A DNA stretch of 64,000 nt from an uncultured delta proteobacterium (GTDB lineage: Bacteria > Desulfobacterota > Desulfomonilia > UBA1062). The translations under genes and the position numbers were made by a program. Below are positions 59,443-64,000 of the stretch, in pieces. Numbering within the stretch: the stretch's first letter is position 1; every line of letters begins with the position of its first letter. The DNA is taken from assembly GCA_963798485.1 (NCBI GenBank), contig CAWCTR010000017.1, forward strand, positions 244,512-308,511, in the 5' to 3' direction. A model generated the notes under the pieces. That model did no database searches, was not told the DNA's origin, and worked only from the letters and a program-made list of their open reading frames with translations.

Positions 59443-59820
59443 TCAGGCTAATACGTCCCGAATAGCTTCTGCTAATTCAGATCTTGAAAACGGTTTAGGC
59501 AGGAATCTCTGGATGTCTTCCCTTTGCTCTTGAAGTTCCTGTAGGGTCTCATCCGAACCGGAACAGAGAATCACAGGAATGTCTTCACGAATTTGGCGTA
59601 TATGGGTAACAAACTCATGACCTTTCATCCCTGGCATGAATTGATCGGTTATGATCAGTTGAAATTTATCAGGTTCTTCACGGAAGAAACGAAGGGCTTG
59701 GCGAGGATCATTTGTCGAGGTCACTCCATGTCCCAAATAGGCGAGCAGACTGTTGATACTCCGTAAATCATTCATGTTGTCATCTACAAGAAGAATGTGC
59801 TTTTGTTGCTGCCTATTCAT
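59443..59820 (-). CDS. Single-domain response regulator
   Basis: ILLVDD, ITDQFMPGM, ILCSG, KPF. Confidence 0.9.
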   Translation of the reverse strand: MNRQQQKHILLVDDNMNDLRSINSLLAYLGHGVTSTNDPRQALRFFREEPDKFQLIITDQFMPGMKGHEFVTHIRQIREDIPVILCSGSDETLQELQEQREDIQRFLPKPFSRSELAEAIRDVLA

Positions 59821-59843
59821 ATGAGCAATAGATACTTAAGGGA

Positions 59844-61637
59844 CTAATTCAGAGAATCAAGATGCACGGGAAAGAAAATTTCGAAGCGGGTGCCTTTCCC
59901 AATTACACTTCTAATAAGTATTGAGCCTTGAACATTTTTTACTACATTATATACAACTGCAAGACCTAACCCGGTTCCCTTATCTTCCTTCTTGGTAGTA
60001 AAAAATGGATCAAATATTTTATCCAGTATTTCCTGGTTAATCCCAACTCCTGTATCACGAATTGTGAGTTTCATATATCTACCGGGTTTGAGATCAGAAA
60101 CCATGGCAGGAATGTTCTCCGTAATCTCTTTCTCCTTAAGGGATACACCGAGAAACCCCTTACTTGGTCCCATTGCCTGTATTGCATTCATGCATAGATT
60201 AAGAACCAGCTGATAGATCTGTGTCGCATCTGCTCGAACAAGGCTATCTTTTGCTGTTACCCATTGTTTAAGCTTAATATTAGGAGGTATCAATCGCTTG
60301 AAAAAGGTCAGTGCTTCCTGAACAACCTGACCGATGTGAATGGGTTTGTATAGTGACTTTTTCCCAGGGCTGAATAATTTGATCTGACTGACAAGGTTTT
60401 TTCCTAGATGTACAGCATCAATAATCTGGTCAAGGTATTCACGCTCCTGAGTTCCTTGAGGGATCACGTCAGAGATGAGCTCTGTATTAATCAGGATGGG
60501 TTGGAGTACATTCTTAAAATCATGGGCTATCCCACTAGCCAATATACCGAGAGCCTCCATCTTCTGGGCCTGAATAAGTTGCAACTCTAGGTTCTTCTTA
60601 TCTTCTTCAAGGGCAAGCTGCCTGCGATACGCTTCAGCCTGTCTCCCCCGATACCACATGCCGATCAAAGTCGCGACCGTGATGATTATAAGTGAGAATG
60701 TAATAGTGATCATAAGGGCGGTCTTGCGGATAGGGGCATAGATTTCGTCCTGATCCACTTTGGCAACCATGAACCAAGGGGTATCAGGGATTTTCTTTAA
60801 TGCAGCCAAAACTGCATGGCCATTATAGTCAATCCCTTCGACTATCCCCTCCTTGCCACGTACAGCCATGGCTGCGGGAAGATTTGGCCGGGATATGGGC
60901 AGACGGTAGGTAAGGGCGGCATTTCTTTGCTGGCGAAGATCATTCAAATACACAACATCATTGCCCTCCCTTCGAACGATATAAGTCTCAGCCGTTCGAC
61001 TTGGTGTCGGCCATGATTGTACGAATGGATAGACAGACACCTCAGGGTCGATCTCTATAAGGATATAGCCCAGTGGAGAATTATCTTTCGGCGGATCATT
61101 GGGAATCATAATAATCATTCCCATCCTTACAGGATGGCTGGGCGTACAACGATAGAAATCAATGAATGTTATCTTTCCCGGTGGCAGGCCTTTGGAGATA
61201 ATACTCTTCACTAAGGGACATAAAGGTTCACCGGTTTCAGGTACTGATAGCGCCCGCCCTTCATCAGCACTAAAGACCGATACTTTACTATATTTATAAT
61301 AAGCTTGTTGTGATTCCAGCCATGATATAATATCTTGACGCAGCTCCTTAGATGTATTGCCTTTAAAAAAAAGAGCAAGGGAACGTCTGAGCATGGTGCT
61401 TTCATATTCTGATATGGTGTCTGCGATGCGTTCCTTGCGCCAAGCAATCAATTGGTTAATCTTCAGTTCTGCTATAGCGTTCAATTCTTCTTGTTTATCC
61501 TTTTTTATGGCCTGTTTCTCATGTTCATAATAGAGAGTTCCCGAAGCTATGATACCTGTGGATAGAACAAGAAATACGACAAAGAGATACATGGGAGTTA
61601 TGAGATTTTTTCGCACAAGTATGTTTTTTTCTTTCAT
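59844..61637 (-). CDS. Membrane sensor histidine kinase with Cache-like periplasmic domain
   Basis: 2 TM segments, DYNGHAVLAA...WFMVAKVD, AHDFKN, FDPFFTTK, GTGLGL. Confidence 0.9.
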   Translation of the reverse strand: MKEKNILVRKNLITPMYLFVVFLVLSTGIIASGTLYYEHEKQAIKKDKQEELNAIAELKINQLIAWRKERIADTISEYESTMLRRSLALFFKGNTSKELRQDIISWLESQQAYYKYSKVSVFSADEGRALSVPETGEPLCPLVKSIISKGLPPGKITFIDFYRCTPSHPVRMGMIIMIPNDPPKDNSPLGYILIEIDPEVSVYPFVQSWPTPSRTAETYIVRREGNDVVYLNDLRQQRNAALTYRLPISRPNLPAAMAVRGKEGIVEGIDYNGHAVLAALKKIPDTPWFMVAKVDQDEIYAPIRKTALMITITFSLIIITVATLIGMWYRGRQAEAYRRQLALEEDKKNLELQLIQAQKMEALGILASGIAHDFKNVLQPILINTELISDVIPQGTQEREYLDQIIDAVHLGKNLVSQIKLFSPGKKSLYKPIHIGQVVQEALTFFKRLIPPNIKLKQWVTAKDSLVRADATQIYQLVLNLCMNAIQAMGPSKGFLGVSLKEKEITENIPAMVSDLKPGRYMKLTIRDTGVGINQEILDKIFDPFFTTKKEDKGTGLGLAVVYNVVKNVQGSILIRSVIGKGTRFEIFFPVHLDSLN

Positions 61638-62506
61638 AGAATCATTTAAATAATAAAAGCGGACAATATTTTCCAATAATCACAATTAATCTTATGACTT
61701 CAAGTTCCTTTTGTATAAAGGGCACCTATCATAATCCCCCCTCCATGCTTCTTTCCATGTTACCAACTAAGACGCCTAAGCATACAGTCCTGTTTACAGG
61801 AAGACGAGGAATATTTGTAACGGCCCTTACCCAGAAGAGATTATATAGCAAAAATAAGGTCACCTCGAATAATCAACTTTTTCAGAAAGCATCATGTTGG
61901 AGTTGATTCATCTACGCATTACCCATGAAATCTGCCCGTTGAGATGCGCAGTTAACGGGTTTTGACGGCCTCACCTGTGGTTTATGACCTCCCAGCAATA
62001 TGATATCACGATATCTTCTGTTTAGAACGATCAGAAATACCTTGAGATATATAGTCTTTTGAAAGACCAAATTTATTGAGGATCGTATAATGATCTAGCT
62101 ATGTCTCTCTACTTCCCCTTTAACGACACTCTAGGTATAGGTGAAGAAGAAAGCGTACTCTATATTGTTAGCTTAAGTGATGATTCCTTCGATTTCTTCT
62201 CGGTTTTGAGAGGCCTGAAAACCGTGTATCTTGGTTTCAAATCTATGGTAGTCAGGCCATGGGCTCGGACCACCGATCGTGGCACATTATCATCAGTTTC
62301 TAAGGACTTGTGGAACCGATCATTTAGTGCAATAATCATCGCTTTAGCCAATATGAATAGTTCTGATCATAATCTACGGTTTCCAGGCATCTTAAAACCG
62401 AGGTGTTTTGCAGGTATCTACATTTTGAGGTAACAAGGTTGAAAGATAGTCTTCAAAAGTTATCATGAACCTATATTATTTATAATGTATTGCCGAAAAG
62501 ATTCAT

Positions 62507-63487
62507 ATGGAATTATTTCGGCCTATTCCTATCGATGTCATTCAGATCGACGAGAAGTCTGTCGTGGATCTGCTTATAAAGCATGAAGATAGGTTTATAC
62601 CCTTTCTTGAGAAAGGGGGTATATTCACCAGGGATCATCTTATCGAACTCAACAATTACGGCATCAGTATGGTATACATTCGGGGAGCCGAAGCCAGTGC
62701 CTTTGAAGGATACGTCCATGCCTACTCAGAAATGATCCTCAATGACTCGACTGTTCCCTACAAGGTCAAGGAGGCAACATTTTACGTATCATCCACTCAT
62801 GCGCTCAGGAAAGCAATTATTGACCCGAGCGCAGAGCGGATCGAGGAGATAAAAAATACCCTTAAACCCTTGTTCAAGAGCATAATGAAGGACAAGGTAC
62901 TGCTGAATGACCTTTTCTCTATCACGGATCACGATTTCAATACCTACAAACACTGTATCAATGTCGGCATCTATGCAACCTCGCTTGCCATGCATTTCTA
63001 TGAGGGCGATAGTACGGTAAACATTGAAAGTCTTGAACGCCAGAGCTATGGATATTTCCTCCATGATATAGGGAAAACCAAATTACCTCTCAGTATTCTA
63101 AGGAAGCAGGGAAAACTGAGCCAAGAAGAATGGACAATCATGAAGAAGCATCCCGAGTGGGGTTATAACATTCTCATGGAAACAGGTCACCTCACCGACG
63201 AGGCTGCATATATCTCGATGCAACATCATGAGCGACCTGACGGCTCTGGGTATCCCTTTGGTATGAAGGATATACATCCATGTGCCCGTATCTGTGCCAT
63301 AGCTGATATCTTTGATGCATTAATATCTGTTAGACCCTACAAATCCCCCATGAAGCCATTAGAAGCCATAGAGATCATCAAGAAGGAAGCCTACACAGAA
63401 TTTGATAAAAGCCTTGTTAACACCTTTATCAAAATGTTGGGGCTGCATGAGGAACACATACAATTATCTCAAGAAACATATGGCTAA
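62507..63487 (+). CDS. HD-GYP domain cyclic dinucleotide phosphodiesterase
   Basis: TYKHCINV, LHDIGK, HHERPDGSGYP, DIFDAL..RPYK. Confidence 0.9.
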   Translation: MELFRPIPIDVIQIDEKSVVDLLIKHEDRFIPFLEKGGIFTRDHLIELNNYGISMVYIRGAEASAFEGYVHAYSEMILNDSTVPYKVKEATFYVSSTHALRKAIIDPSAERIEEIKNTLKPLFKSIMKDKVLLNDLFSITDHDFNTYKHCINVGIYATSLAMHFYEGDSTVNIESLERQSYGYFLHDIGKTKLPLSILRKQGKLSQEEWTIMKKHPEWGYNILMETGHLTDEAAYISMQHHERPDGSGYPFGMKDIHPCARICAIADIFDALISVRPYKSPMKPLEAIEIIKKEAYTEFDKSLVNTFIKMLGLHEEHIQLSQETYG

Positions 63488-63570
63488 CGCTCTGGAGCAT
63501 AGCCGTAAAAATAGTTATGACAATGAACATAAAAGATATTTAGAACCTAACATGTTATCAAAGAGGAGCT

Positions 63571-63981
63571 ATGAAGGAGCACGTTAAAGTTGTAGTTCAT
63601 TTCATAGATGATATTATTGTTAAGGGTTATGTCAATAATTTCAATGCAAACCGGCCCTCATTTCATTTCTATAAAGACATTACTGGTTCTTCACCTAATC
63701 AACCAATTCTGTTGGAGATGAAAGAAATCAAAGCAATTTTCTTTGTGAAGACTTTTGAGGGCAACAAGGGATATGTTGAAAGAAAAGAATTCATTGAGGG
63801 TGATCGCGTTTTTGGGCGTAGGGTAGAGGTTACTTTTATAGATGGTGAAGTGATACGAGGATCTACCGTAGATTATGATCCTCTACATATTGGATTTTTC
63901 TTAATACCTGTTGATCCTAACAGTAATAATATTCAAATATTTGTGGTCTCAAATGCTGTTATGAAAATTTGTTTCATATGA
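63571..63981 (+). CDS. Conserved hypothetical protein (DUF6982-like)
   Basis: KVVVHF, KAIFFVKTFEG, VEVTFIDGE, GFFLIPVDPNSNN. Confidence 0.65.
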   Translation: MKEHVKVVVHFIDDIIVKGYVNNFNANRPSFHFYKDITGSSPNQPILLEMKEIKAIFFVKTFEGNKGYVERKEFIEGDRVFGRRVEVTFIDGEVIRGSTVDYDPLHIGFFLIPVDPNSNNIQIFVVSNAVMKICFI

Positions 63982-64000
63982 TTTCATAGGTATTCTATAA

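Noticed and set aside
59406-59465. GGAGG plus ATG mini-ORF on the + strand
   Set aside because: Only about 14 codons and overlaps the response regulator end; unsupported
61900-62433. Possible structured RNA or small ORFs upstream of the HD-GYP gene
   Set aside because: No riboswitch consensus recognised; the ORFs lack motifs and an RBS
1-64000. CRISPR arrays, tRNA/rRNA, integrases, phage or defence genes
   Set aside because: None recognised by eye or in the ORF track

Overview
Chromosomal segment of an anaerobic deltaproteobacterium (Desulfobacterota/Syntrophaceae-like gene content; the taxonomy is inferred). Housekeeping and metabolic genes include ppiD/surA (partial), kimA with a c-di-AMP riboswitch, an acyl-CoA dehydrogenase, ugd, an arfB-like gene, htpG, icmF-cobO, a thiolase, purMN and minor type IV pilins. 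Three accessory loci stand out. (1) 8.4-16 kb: an unannotated, divergent chaperone-usher-like pilus locus with a 929-aa usher-like protein, a chaperone-like protein, four paralogous beta-rich subunits and an embedded sigma54 activator with visible enhancer palindromes. (2) 23.6-30.8 kb: an AT-rich cassette of a methyltransferase, a PP-loop enzyme, a PilZ/GNAT-like protein and a V4R-like hybrid kinase, which looks like a small-molecule synthase plus sensor module. (3) 46.1-46.4 kb: divergent from a ZraSR-like two-component system, a near-consensus sigma54 promoter with paired enhancers drives an ORF-less ~105-nt unit ending in an anti-Shine-Dalgarno motif and a terminator, i.e. a candidate sRNA where zraP normally sits. 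Also present are two frameshifted genes, two truncated gene remnants (MarR, LDH) and GTAG-type REP elements. No rRNA, tRNA, CRISPR array or intact transposase was seen. All family assignments are from motif recognition by eye; no database searches were run.
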